From Chiloscyllium plagiosum (taxonomy: Eukaryota): 64,000 bases of DNA. The notes below the pieces were generated by a model, which was given only the letters and a program-made list of their open reading frames with translations, made no database searches and was not told the DNA's origin. The number at the start of each line of letters is the position of its first letter. Position 1 is the stretch's first letter. The stretch covers positions 22,418,963-22,482,962 of the forward strand of contig NC_057718.1 of assembly GCF_004010195.1 (NCBI RefSeq). Direction: 5' to 3'. This document shows positions 50,198 through 62,370 of this stretch, one piece after another. Position numbers and translations under genes: made by a program.

Positions 50198-53100
50198 ATG
50201 AGAAGCTCCAAATGGGATTAGTGTAGTCAGATCTTTTTTGATTGGTGTGAGCACGATGAGGTGAATGCCCTCCTTCTGCTGTAAATATTTATGAGTCTGT
50301 CAGTTAATTGACAGTTCACCTCATGGGGACACCACTATCAAATCATCCCCATAATCTCCTCAGCCACAATGAAAATAGCACAATCAGTAATGGGCAAGAA
50401 ATTAGGTTCAATCAGTTTTCAGTCTGGCAGAGGTTCACCTTGAGTTGGGACAGCAATCTCAATAAGATGCTGCTGGGTTGGAGGGTCTGAGCTAGGAGGA
50501 AATATTGGAGAGGCTTTACCAAGTCCCATGCCTGCCTCCTCTAACAAGGGCTGAAATTGGAGAGGTGCTGGGAAATTGGCATACTGGCTAGCACTGGTAT
50601 TCTCGGGCTCAGTCACCTTTCGTTGCCAATGTCAGTGAACCTAAAACTTGGTCCCCATGAGATTTGTTTCTCTCTCCATTGGTGTTGTCAAATCCATTGA
50701 GTTTTTTTGCTTTTGAATGTGATTTATGACTGAATAGCAAATTAAAGCAATCACACTAGGACTGAATTTCTTTTTAAAAGATGGAGGGGAAAAGAACTCT
50801 GCAAAGGGAAAAGCCATCAAATATAGAATTCCAAGAATTGCGCACTGCTTCAGAATCTGATCTTTCTTAGGTTTGGAGGAGATACTGTACCTTCTCTCAT
50901 TCTTTTAAAGGTTACAATTTAATAATTCACGACTGGTCTTCACAGGAAATCACTTGCACTTGCTCCAGATCCATCATTATTACAATCATTCAATACTAAT
51001 TGCATTTATCTACAAGAGTTGTCAAAAAGTGAATTTCATTTTCTAAGACATGTGGACGTGCTGGGTTTTAAGATAGCCTTTTGCCATTGGAATTATTTTT
51101 CAACAAGTTGCAACAAATAATGATTAATGGAAACAACCTTTTGTCTGTGATTTTTTCCAACTGAAAATCATGCTGATAACCTGTTTGAGGTAGCCAAGTC
51201 ACTAATGGGTAGTGGCAAGGGATAGTTGAACTACACAAAACCAGATCGATTGAATGACCATCTCTTTGGGGTATTTTAGAGTGGAGCTGATGATAATTCA
51301 CCTCTTTTTATGTTGCTGCTCTTTTACTTTTTTTTCTTTTGTTTGCTCTACTGTGGATTATGGCGTCACTGATAAGGCCAGTGTTTATTGCCGATCACTA
51401 ATTGCCCTTTGAATGGCTTGCTAGGCCATTTCAAAGGTCTGTTCAGAACCAACTTTTTGGTCGGACCTGCTGAGAATGGCAGAATATCTGTAAACCAGAT
51501 GGATTTTTATGGCAATAGATAATTGCTTTATCACCATTACTGAAACAAGCTTTAAATTCCAGATTAATAATTGAATTTAAATTCTGCCAAATGCCATTAA
51601 GGTGATTTGAACCCATTTCCCCAGAGGGTTAGCCTGGCCCACCAGATTACGAGTGCAGTAGATATTATCACTTTGACATTGTCTCCCTCAAATCTGGCTC
51701 CTCTGTTTTTCTGTCTGTAAGTAAATCAAAGCAGCAGTTCCTAAAGCTCATGTTTAGTCAGAAGTTGGTTGAATGGGATTAGTAAGTTTATTATTGTTTT
51801 GTTCATTTTCTATTCAAGCCCCATCAAACAGTTTCCACCATTTTAAATGAACATAACATCCAAAATTGGTTCAAATAACCCATAGGGAGCACTAAAATGA
51901 AAATCAAATAAAATCAAACTTATTCACTTGAAATTAAAATAGAACTTTGGGTGTGATAATGTATTTCAGCTCCTGTGGTGCCCACTAGTCGGGAAATGCT
52001 GGAAGCGTACCAGCAAACACTGGATGCTCCCTCTCCATGGGCAGTTGGGTGCTTAAATCTTTTCTAAGGTTGCACTGAATTTACATATTGTGTTAGTATT
52101 CCTCCCACTGTCCCGTCCACTGATAACATTAAAGTTTGTTCTGGGCGGCCACCATATCATGTAAGTGCACCAAATATTTTAAATAGTCAATTACAAACAT
52201 GTCACTTATAATGCATCAAAGGCTTTGGCTATTTAAGACAGTTCAATAAGGCTCATTATATATAGACCCCTAATTAAAGTGTGATTGAATGCTGTTAACT
52301 GTCTGCTGAGCACTGTCCTTTATCTCCCCTGGCTTCCAGTAGAAGCATCCAGTTTCTGATGCCCATAGCTGTTAACTGTATGAACAGCTGATCAAAGACT
52401 TTAGAAAATCTCAATCAATTATTTGCTACATATAGATAAGAATATGAATGAGTTGCTCAATATAGCATATTTAACAGAGTAAGACATCCAAAGGTACTTC
52501 ATAGATGTTTTAACAAGTAGAATTTGGCACATCTATCAAGACAAGTGAATGGAAGATTATACAAGGTAGTAGCTTTTAAGGAGAATTATAAAGCAGGATA
52601 CAAGGACAGAGTTAGAGAGGGAATTTTGGAGCTTGGAATCTAAAGAGGTAAAAGCCAAGTGGAACAATTAAATTCAGGGATACACAAGAGATCAGAATTG
52701 GAGGGGACAGAGATGTTGAAAGGTTTGAGTCTTTGAAGGGCTTTAATAATTAATCTGAGTATTTCTGAAATTATGGTGATCTCTTCTGAAACACAGTATG
52801 AGAGTCTGTCTTCCTGGAGGGTATTGCTTTTTTTCCCCTTGGATGAGTTTTATAAACAGTTGTGCATCTGGTTTCAGTTAGAAGGCTCTGGATTTTTTTT
52901 TTCATCTTGCAGGAGTCCTGGATGGAGTTGGATGTGTAGAACAGTTGTTCCTGAAGAACTGTAAAAACATAGATATAAAGAGTTTAGTTTGAAAGTTCCA
53001 GACTAGAGGTGTTTGGGTAATAACACCCTGAAGGAGTTATTTGAGACAGAGAAAATCTAGGCTTAATTGTGTGAAGACACAGGAAGAGGCTATCACATTC

Positions 53101-53295
53101 TTAAGACTAGGACTTGAAGCCTGATTTAGTTTAAGCCCTATGGCCATGATAAAGAAGTGCTCTGGTGAGAATATTGCAAAAGAGTGCTGCTGAGTTAAAT
53201 GAGCTTATACTTTATTGTGCATTTAAAAATCTTTAAACTTGTATCATAAATAAATATTTCAGATTATTCTGTTGTTTTCTTCATTTCTTGCACGG

Positions 53296-53719
53296 TGGGT
53301 GGCACGGTGACTCACTGGTTAGCACTGCTGCCTCACAGTGCCAGGGACCCGGGTTTGATTCCTATCTCGGGTGACTGCTGTGTAGAATTTGCACATTCTC
53401 CTGTGTCTGTGGGTGGTTTCCTCCCATAGTCCAAATATGTGCAGCCCAGGTGAATTGTGTTATCTTGCCCATATTGTTCAGGGATATATAGAAGCCCTGA
53501 AGAAGGGCTTATGCCCGAAACGTCGATTCTCCTGCTCCTTGGATGCTGTCTGACCTGCTGTGCTTTTCCAGCAACACATTTTTCAGCAGGGATATATAGG
53601 TTAGGTGCATTAGTCAGGAGTAAATGTAGGGAAATGGATCTACGTGGGTTACTCTTCAGAGGGTTGGTGTGGTCTTGTTGGGCCTAATGGCCTGTTCCCA
53701 CACTGTAGAGATTCAATGA
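53296..53719 (+). mobile_element. HE1-type SINE interrupted by a Penelope pLTR piece
   Basis: SINE head and tail flank the insert at 53492-53586. Confidence 0.85.
53492..53586 (+). mobile_element. 95-bp Penelope family A insert with intact hammerhead core
   Basis: 13-bp TSD cagggatatatag at 53479-53491 and 53587-53599. CTGAAGAaGGGCttatGCCCGAAAcgTC. Confidence 0.88.
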
Positions 53720-54938
53720 ATAAATGTCTGCTTTATTGTTAATCTGTGGCACTGCATATATGTGTTTCAGTGAAAAACTACCTTGTTAAAGCCAAAAAAC
53801 AAACAAAATACCATCTATCAAGTTTTACTCTGGGATTTGACTTGTCCAATAATAACTGGGATCATAACAGGTACCATGTTAATATTGATAGTGGATTGGT
53901 GACCTCACAGGAAACAGACAATAGGCATAAATGGGTCATTTATGAATTGGCTAGATGTGGCAAATAGTATGCCACAAATGTCAGTGCTGGGGCCTTTGAT
54001 ATTTACTTTATAGTCATAACATGAATGAAGGAATTGCAGATGATACAGAGGTGGGGAAGAAAGTAAGTTGTGAAAGGGACATAAATGCAGAATTTAACGA
54101 GAGAAGGAGGGGATGGGGGAATGCTTATACCCCTGTAAGGACAGTCAGTAGCCAACCAATACACTGAGAAGAATCAGAAATAAAGTACGATGAGTAATCT
54201 AAATTGGTGCAGAGTGAGATTTCCAACTCTCAATGAGAGGGACTCCCATTCCGTGCAGCTCCTGGTCAATCTGATAGGCTGGGAGCTGCATCAGTCCCAG
54301 CACTGCCAAGAGCTCGACAGTGGTTGGTGCCGGTACTGCAAGCACTTCCATGGTGATGGCATCTGCCAGATAGATGTGGGTCCTACCTGGACCTAGGTAG
54401 TTTGGGGGCATTGGGCAGGGAGTGTTTAAATGCTTTAAAAAATTGAGCTCTGAGAGGGTTTGAGGATTGGGTTTTAAAGTCCAAGTGGTGGCGAATTAAG
54501 CGAGCTACTATACGATGGTAGTTTGCTCCAGTGTGCAAAACTCACCTCCTGAAGACTACCCCCATCCCCAAGTATCCCATTTTAAGAATAACAGGCTTAC
54601 CACTCCATCTACCATTATATGGCAGGGGACAAAGTAATATTAGGTTCAACTGAGTATTTAAACATTTCAATAGACCAGTAAATATTCATTTAATTGTCAG
54701 CTGGGCTGTCTATTCAGTACATCCCTTCCACATGTTATAAGGGTTAGTTTGGGAGTGGGTGGGCATTGGGCACCCACCCTATTCTATATGACACCCTGCC
54801 AAAGACATGCCTGGTATGGATATATAAAAATCAAAATGAAAGAGCCTGCAGAGGGCTAGAGAAATGATAAGTGAGGAAACAACATTTAGAAGACAGTAGT
54901 ACATAGGAAAACAATGACTTGTCCACTTTGGTAGGAAG

Positions 54939-55555
54939 TGCCAGGCCACTCAAAATATTCTTCAGCAGGCAGCCCAGACCATAACTTTGCAATCTATTTC
55001 AGTGAGTCTCCAGTGAAAATTACCTGGAGTAAGTTAGCTAGGTTGACTACTACATTTCAAAACAGACAGAAATTTATTCACAAAATTACACAATGAAACA
55101 GAATAAAGAACCCCTACAGAACTCAGTCCATCCAAACAAGACTAAATTATGCTGTTCCAAATATGCACAACAGTCCCAAAAAACAAACCCCCTTAAAATA
55201 CAGATAAAAAATGGAACAGATGCTTACAGGTTGAAGTTAGAAGGGCAGGAAGAGAGAGACTTGCCACACAGCTCATTGTTGAACGCCTAGCTAGTTTGGG
55301 ACTGAACTGCTCAGCTAGAGAGATGACCACTCCCCTTTCATTAAACAAGTCACTTTGAAAACATGATCACTTTGGCCTGAAGTCTCATTTGTTTACATAT
55401 AAACAGAAAGGCCTCTCAAAACCCTTTAATCTCTGTACCAAACCAGTCTAATCAGCACTGGAAGATGTTTATGACCCCTATGAAAAAAGCCAAGGACACA
55501 GTAGCCTTGAGAAAAGGAACAGCTTTTAGCAAACAAAAGGACCAGATTTGTGACA
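54939..55555 (-). mobile_element. Putative solo LTR (~617 bp)
   Basis: TG(c)CA...TGACA ends, interrupts the CR1 at GRK|NR, and AATAAA on the minus strand near 55075. Confidence 0.65.
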
Positions 55556-55639
55556 GAATAGACAAAAAAGATATGATTTAAATGAAGAGAGATTGTAGAA
55601 CACTGAGGTACAGAGAGATCTGGGTGTCTTAGTATATTG

Positions 55640-57195
55640 AGGTATAGAGATGTACAGCACAGAAACAGACCCTTCAGTCCAACTCGTCCATGCTAACGAG
55701 ATATCCTAACCTAATGCAGTCCCATTTGCCAGCACTTAGCCCATATCCCTCCAAAGACTTCCTTTTCATATAGCCATCCAAATGCCTCTTAAATGCTGTA
55801 ATTGTACTAGCCTCCACCACTTCCTCTGGCAGCTCATTCCATACACGCACCACCCTCGGCGTGAAAAAGTTGCCCCTTAGGTCTCTTTTAAATTTTTTCC
55901 CCTTTCACCCAAAACCTATGCCTTCTAGTTCTGGACTCCCCCATCCTGGGGAAAAGACCTTGTCTATTTACTCTATCCATGCCCCTCATGGTTTTATAAA
56001 CCTCTATAAGGTCACCCCTCAGCCTCTGATGCTCCAGGAAAAACAGCCCCAGCCTATTCGGCCTCTACCTATCACTCAAATCTGCAACCCTGTCAACATC
56101 CTTGTAAATCTTTTCTGAACCCTTTCAAGTTTCACAACATTCTTCTGATAGGAGGGAGACCAGAATTGCACGCAATATTCCAACAGTTGCCTAACTAATT
56201 TCCAGTACAGCCGCAACATGACCTCCCAACTCCTATACTCTCTGCTCTGACCAATAAACGAAAGAATACCAAACGCCTTCTTCACCATCCTATCTACCTG
56301 TGACTGTACTTTCAAGGAGCTATGAACTTGCACTCCAAGGTCTCTTTGTTCAGCAACACTTCCCAGGACATTACCATTAAATATATAAGCCCTGCCATGA
56401 TTTGCCTTTCCAAAAAGCAACGTCCCACATTTATCTAAATTAAACTCCATCTGCCAGTCCTCAGTTCATTGGTCCATCTGATCAAGATCCTGTTGTACTC
56501 TGAGGTAACCTTCTTCGCTGTCCACTACACCTGCAATTTTGATGTCATCTGCAAACTTATTAACTATAAGTCCTATGTTTGCACCTAAACCATTTATATA
56601 AATGATGAAAAGCAGTGGACTCACCACCAATCCTTGTGGCACACCAGTAGTCACACGCCAGCAGTCTGTAAAGCAGTCCAGCACCACCACCCTCAGTCTT
56701 GTACCTTTGAGCCTGTTCTGTGTCCACATGTCTAGTTCTCCCTGTATTCCATGTGACCAAACCTTGCTAATCAGCTGACCAAGAGGAACTTTATCAAATA
56801 CCTTACTGAAGTCCATATTGATCACATCCACCACTCTGTCCTCATCAATCCTCTTTGTTACTTCTTCAAAAAACTCAATCAAGTTTGTGAGACATGATTT
56901 CCCATGCACAAAGCCACGATGACTATCCCCAATCAGTCCTTGCCTTTCCAAATACATGTAAATCCTGTCTCTCTGGATTTCCTCCAACAACTTGCCCACC
57001 ATCGATGTCAGGCTCACTGGTATATAGTTGCCTGGCTTGTCCTTACCACCTTTCTTAAACAGTGGCACTACATTAGCCAACCTCCAGTCTTCTGGTACCT
57101 CACCTGTGACTATTGATGATAAAAATGTCTCAGCAAAGGGCCCAGCAATCACTTCTCTGGCTTCCCGCAGAGTTCTAGAGTACACTTGATCAGGT
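55640..57195 (-). mobile_element. CR1/HER1 LINE RT-3' end (~1.55 kb)
   Basis: ORFs 56466-57185 (PEDWRLANVVPLFKKG...GVPQGLVVSPLLF...KFADD) and 56076-56450. Confidence 0.93.
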
Positions 57196-57785
57196 ATGAA
57201 TCACATAACATTAGTAGACAGGTAGTTTGATAGGCAAATGGGATGTTGCAAAAGGAATTGAATGTAAGAGTAGGGATGTTACATTTTAGTTGTTCAGGGT
57301 GTTTTTGAGACCACATTCTGAGTGCTGTATGCAATTTTGCCTTCCTTATTTAAGGTGTGTTATAAATGTTTAAGAAACACTTCAGTGAATATTCACCCAA
57401 TGGATACCTGGGATGTGGGTGTTATTTTTGTGAGTTAAGGTTGGACGTGCTTGGCCTGTATTTGTTGTAATTTAAAAGAGTAAAAGACGAACTTATTGAG
57501 ACATGTAAGGTCCTGAAAGGACTTGACAGTCTGAATGCTGAAAGGGTATTACTTTTGTGCGAAAGACAAGAACCAAGAAATAAATAATAAGGATTTAATA
57601 ATAAGGTTTAATAATAAGGATTCTTCCATTTAAAGTGGAAATGAAGAGAAATTGTTTCAGTTCAACACTTTTACCCAGAGAACAAGAAAGTTTTAAGCAA
57701 GAGGTTAAAAGATTCTTGACTAACAAGTGGTTCAAAGGTTTTTGAGGATGGACAGGAATGTGTAAATGAGACTGCAATTGAATCA

Positions 57786-57970
57786 ACTAGGAGGAAGTGA
57801 GGACTGCAGATGCTGGAGATCAGAGTCCAGAGTGTGGTGCTGGAACAGTACAGCAGGTCAGGCAGTATCGAAGAGCAGGAGAATAAGGAGTCTTGCCCAA
57901 AATGTCAATTCTCCTGCTCCTCGGATGCTGGCTGACCTGCTGTGTTTTTCCAGCACCACACTCTTGACCA
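57786..57970. mobile_element. Penelope fold-back mini-element, family A
   Basis: TSD caattgaatca at 57775-57785 and 57971-57981. Hammerhead 5' half absent. Confidence 0.85.
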
Positions 57971-59231
57971 CAATTGAATCAGTCTACTCCTGTTCCTAAT
58001 TTTTATGTTTCAATGCACTTCATGTCTTTTGAAGACCATAACATTTGATTGCATTAAATGGGGTTTCTGTGTTTTCTCTGTGTTTTTTCTGTGCATTTCC
58101 TGCACTATTGAAGGACTACTGTTTCTTTGTATATTGTAGTTGATCACAAACCCAACAGGGAGTCTTTGCTTTTCGATGATATGCTTTATTAACTTTTGCG
58201 ATTTTGAGGCTTCCATTGTATAAAACTCACCAACAAAAAATAAATTTATAAGAAAAATCATTTCTTTCAATTTTTTTTCAGCAGTCTTCTTTTCATTCAG
58301 TTCCCACATCAAATAAATTAAAAATACCATCACAAATGAGAGAGTTTCTTTGTGGACCCAGCAAGCCTGGAGGAGAGGGTAGTTAACTCTGTTAGAGATA
58401 TAAATAGAGATATAAAGTAGTCATTGGTTCATGGCATGAAAGGGGTTGTTTTGAAGGTTAAAGACGGTTTTACTTTCTGATTGAAATAACCCAAATATAT
58501 TCATTCCCATGGACTTAGGCGAGGGACTATGGAGGCTTCATTTTATCAACTTATAGAACATAGAATGTTACAGGCCCTCAGTGTTGCTCTGACATGTGAA
58601 ACCAATCGGAAGCACATCTAATCTACACTATTCCATTTTCAACCATATGGTTCTGCAATGACCATTTAAGTGCCCTTAAAGTTGGCGAGCCTTCTACTGT
58701 TGCAGGCAGAGCATTCCACATCCCTCCTACTTATCTGATGTTCTTCTGCTCGCCAAAGCAGACAGGGGCAGTTGCTGCTTTGTTCTTACATAATTAAAGC
58801 CACTGATTGAGGGAGCAAAAGAGTAAATGTTAGATAGGTCTGCACCGTAATCAGAGGAAATGCTAACTTTATTGCTAACTATGAGGAATATGGGTGAGTG
58901 TGTGTGCTCAGTTTTAACATAAAATTTGTGAGGGAAAAGGAGGCTGGAAGATTTGCGGAATTTGGAATGAGAAAACAAATTAGCAAAAGCGTTTTGTCTT
59001 TCACTTAACAAGACAAATAATGAGTGTGAGGTTTCAAACGATTGCAAATAAATTAAGATGACTGGCTTGGTAAAGTTGGTCAAAGTGTTACAATGGAAAA
59101 AGCTATGCCCCAAGTTCACATGTTATTCACAAAAGGTACAAGTCATGAACAGATTCCTTTAATTTCCAGAGAGCTGGTCCCTATGTACAAATGTATGTTG
59201 CTTATATCAAGAGGAAAGCTGGATGTTAATA

Positions 59232-61108
59232 TAGAGTCATACAGTCATAGAGATGTACAGCATGGAAACAGACCCTTCGGTCCAACCTGTCCATGCCGAC
59301 CAGATATCCCAACCCAAACTAGTCCCACCTGCCAGCACCTGGCCCATATCCCTCCAAACCCTTCCTATTCATACACCCATCCAAATGCCTTTTAAATGTT
59401 GCAATTGTACCAGCCTCCATCACTTCCTCAGACAGCTCATTCCATACACGTACCACCCTCTGTGTGAAAATGTTGCCCTTTACGTCTCTTTTATATCTTT
59501 CCCTTCTCACCCTAAACCTATGCCCTCTAGTTCTGGGCTCGCCGACCCCAGGGAAAAGACTTTGTCTATTTACCCTATCCATGCCCCTCATAATTTTGTA
59601 AACCTCTATAAGGTCATCCCTCAGCCTCCGATGCTCCAGGGAAACCAGCCCCAGCCTGTTCAGCCTCTCCATATTGCTCAAATCCTCCAACCCTGGCAAG
59701 ATCCTTGTAAATCTTTTCTGAACCGTTTCAAGTTTCGCAATATCTTTCCGATAGGAAGGAGACCAGAATTGCACGCAATATTCCAACAGTGGCCTAACCA
59801 ATGTCCTGTACAGCCGCAACATGACCTTCCAACTCCTGTACTCAATACTCTGTCCAATAAAGGAAAACATACCAAACGCCTTCTTCACTATCCTATCTAC
59901 CTGCGACTCCACTTTCAANNNNNNNNNNNNNNNNNNNNNNNNNNNNNNNNNNNNNNNNNNNNNNNNNNNNNNNNNNNNNNNNNNNNNNNNNNNNNNNNNN
60001 NNNNNNNNNNNNNNNNNNNNNNNNNNNNNNNNNNNNNNNNNNNNNNNNNNNNNNNNNNNNNNNNNNNNNNNNNNNNNNNNNNNNNNNNNNNNNNNNNNNN
60101 NNNNNNNNNNNNNNNNNNNNNNNNNNNNNNNNNNNNNNNNNNNNNNNNNNNNNNNNNNNNNNNNNNNNNNNNNNNNNNNNNNNNNNNNNNNNNNNNNNNN
60201 NNNNNNNNNNNNNNNNNNNNNNNNNNNNNNNNNNNNNNNNNNNNNNNNNNNNNNNNNNNNNNNNNNNNNNNNNNNNNNNNNNNNNNNNNNNNNNNNNNNN
60301 NNNNNNNNNNNNNNNNNNNNNNNNNNNNNNNNNNNNNNNNNNNNNNNNNNNNNNNNNNNNNNNNNNNNNNNNNNNNNNNNNNNNNNNNNNNNNNNNNNNN
60401 NNNNNNNNNNNNNNNNNNNNNNNNNNNNNNNNNNNNNNNNNNNNNNNNNNNNNNNNNNNNNNNNNNNNNNNNNNNNNNNNNNNNNNNNNNNNNNNNNNNN
60501 NNNNNNNNNNNNNNNNNNNNNNNNNNNNNNNNNNNNNNNNNNNNNNNNNNNNNNNNNNNNNNNNNNNNNNNNNNNNNNNNNNNNNNNNNNNNNNNNNNNN
60601 NNNNNNNNNNNNNNNNNNNNNNNNNNNNNNNNTCCCTAGTTACCCTTTTGTCCTTAATGTATTTGTAAAAACTCTTTGGATTCTCCTTAATTCAATTTGC
60701 CAAAGCTATCTCATGTCCCCTTTTTGTCCTCCCGATTTCCCTCTTAAGTATACTCCTAATTCCTTTATACTCTTCTAAGGATTCACTTGATCTATCCTTT
60801 CTGTACCTTACATATGCTTCCTTTTTCTTAACCAAACCCTCAATTTCTTTAGTCATCCAGCATTCCCTATACCTACCAGCCTTCCTTTCACCCTGACAGG
60901 AATATACTTTCTCTGGATTCTCGTTATCTCATTTCTGAAGGCTTCCTATTTTCCAGCCATTTACCTGTGAACATCTGCCCCCAAACAGCTTTCGAACGTT
61001 CTTGCCTAATACCGTCAAAATTGGCCTTTCTCCAATTTAGAACTTCAACTTTTAGATCTGGTCTATCCTTTTCCATCATTATTTTAAATCTAATAGAATT
61101 ATGGTCAC
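59232..61108 (-). mobile_element. CR1/HER1 LINE spanning the assembly gap
   Basis: ORF 59319-59918 (KVESQVDRIVKKAFGM...LEYCVQFWSP) and DHNSIRFKI...LNWRKANFDGIRQE on the far side of the gap. Confidence 0.9.
59919..60632. other. Assembly gap (714 N)
   Basis: Run of n. Confidence 1.
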
Positions 61109-61109
61109 G

Positions 61110-61800
61110 AGTGTGCACTAACACAAGCTGCTTCAGAACAAAAAATCTCATAGACATTCCTCAAATTCCTTTTCTTCAGATCCATTACCAACCTGTTTTT
61201 GCCTGTCCACCTGTATATTCAAGTCCTCCCATGATTATTATAATAGTGCCTTTCTTACATGCCTTTTCTATCTGCTGATTTATTTTCTTTCCCATATCCA
61301 AGAGGCCTGTACACAACACCCCATCTGGGTGTTTTTTCCTGTACAGTTCCTCAACTCTACCCACACAGATTCTATGCTTCGCGAATCTATATTACTTCTT
61401 GCTATCGATTTAATATCGTTTCTTACTGACAAGGACCTCTGTCCATTTGCCTATCCTTTTGATAGGATGTATATTCTCAGAGATTTTGTTCCCAGCCCTG
61501 ATTCCCTTGGAGCCAAGTTTCTGTGATATCCACTGTGTCATACTCACCAATTTCAATTTGTGCTCCAAGTTCATTTACCTTGCTTCTTATACTGCATGCA
61601 TTTAGGTAAACGTGAGGACTGCAGATGCTGGAGATCAGAGTCTAGATTAGAGTGGTGTTGGAAAAGCACAGCAGGTCAGGCAGGATCCTGCTCCTCGGAT
61701 GCTGCATGACCTGTTGTGCTTTTCCAGCACCACTTTAATCTGGACTCTGTATGCATTTAGGTACAGCACTCTTAATTCTATGTTGACTAACCCCTTTTCA
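61110..61800 (-). mobile_element. Older CR1 APE endonuclease relic
   Basis: Minus strand NACSIRSKVNELGAQIEIGEYDTVDITETWLQG...ESVWVELRN...GVVYRP...KACKKGTIIIMG. Confidence 0.75.
61609..61747. mobile_element. Penelope fold-back mini-element, family A (no hammerhead)
   Basis: TSD tg(c/t)atgcatttaggta at 61593-61608 and 61748-61763. Confidence 0.85.
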
Positions 61801-62231
61801 TAGTTGTTCTCTTATTTGCTGTGCCTGAGGTTAGATTCCTGAATCTTTCTATCCTATTACTTGTTCTGGAAAGTTCAATAACCTCTGTTGAGCCTTCCCC
61901 TCCTTAATAATATTTCATACAACTGATCCCACTCCTTACTATTTAATGCCCCAAAATGCTGCCAACCTGCTGAGTTTCTCCAGCAATTTCTGAGTTTGTT
62001 TCAGATCTCCAGCATCCATAATTTTTTGTTATATCCTTATAATTGGGATATCATAACATGTTAGAAAACAAATCAGTTATGTAGTATGACAGGGCTGTGC
62101 ATTGCTGATCACAGTTCTACAACTGTTATTTATTCCTTTGTTGTTTCTTTTTCCCCAGAATGTATAATTTTGGATAACGTTTTGGGTCAAGTGAGCATTC
62201 CTAGCCTGTTCAAGTCCTTTTTCAGCCTCCC

Positions 62232-62370
62232 ACCTTCTGAGGGAGGGTCACTTGACCCAAAATGTTCACTCTGATTTCTTTACATCAATACTACTAGACC
62301 TGCTGAGCTATTCCAGCAATTTCTGGTTTTGCTTCTGATTTACAGAAGCTGTAGTTCTTTTGGTTTTTAT
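62232..62370 (+). mobile_element. Penelope family C pLTR relic with decayed hammerhead
   Basis: ttctgagggaGGGTCacttGACCCaaaatgttcact...gacctgctgagctattccagc. A related piece lies at 61955-62030. Confidence 0.65.

Larger units (their letters stand above)
53925..58010 (+). mobile_element. Old CR1 RT relic fragmented by four later insertions
   Basis: Colinear CR1 pieces: GINGSF..W.DV...SVLGP / ADDT (53925-54087), VHFGRK (to 54938), LNEERL..TEVQRDLGVLV (55556-55638), and RPH.EC..QF plus the 3' tail (57196-58010). Confidence 0.65.

Noticed and set aside
52700..53280. Possible LTR-like segment
   Set aside because: No clear termini or TSD identified.
59253..60668. 471-aa and 272-aa ORFs in the track
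   Set aside because: Artefacts of reading through the N gap on the antisense strand of a CR1.
6098..61747. Recurrent palindromes as CRISPR repeats, terminators or classic MITEs
   Set aside because: They are dispersed in a eukaryotic intron. The arms are asymmetric with long variable TSDs, and they match the 3' end of GIY-YIG PLE copies.
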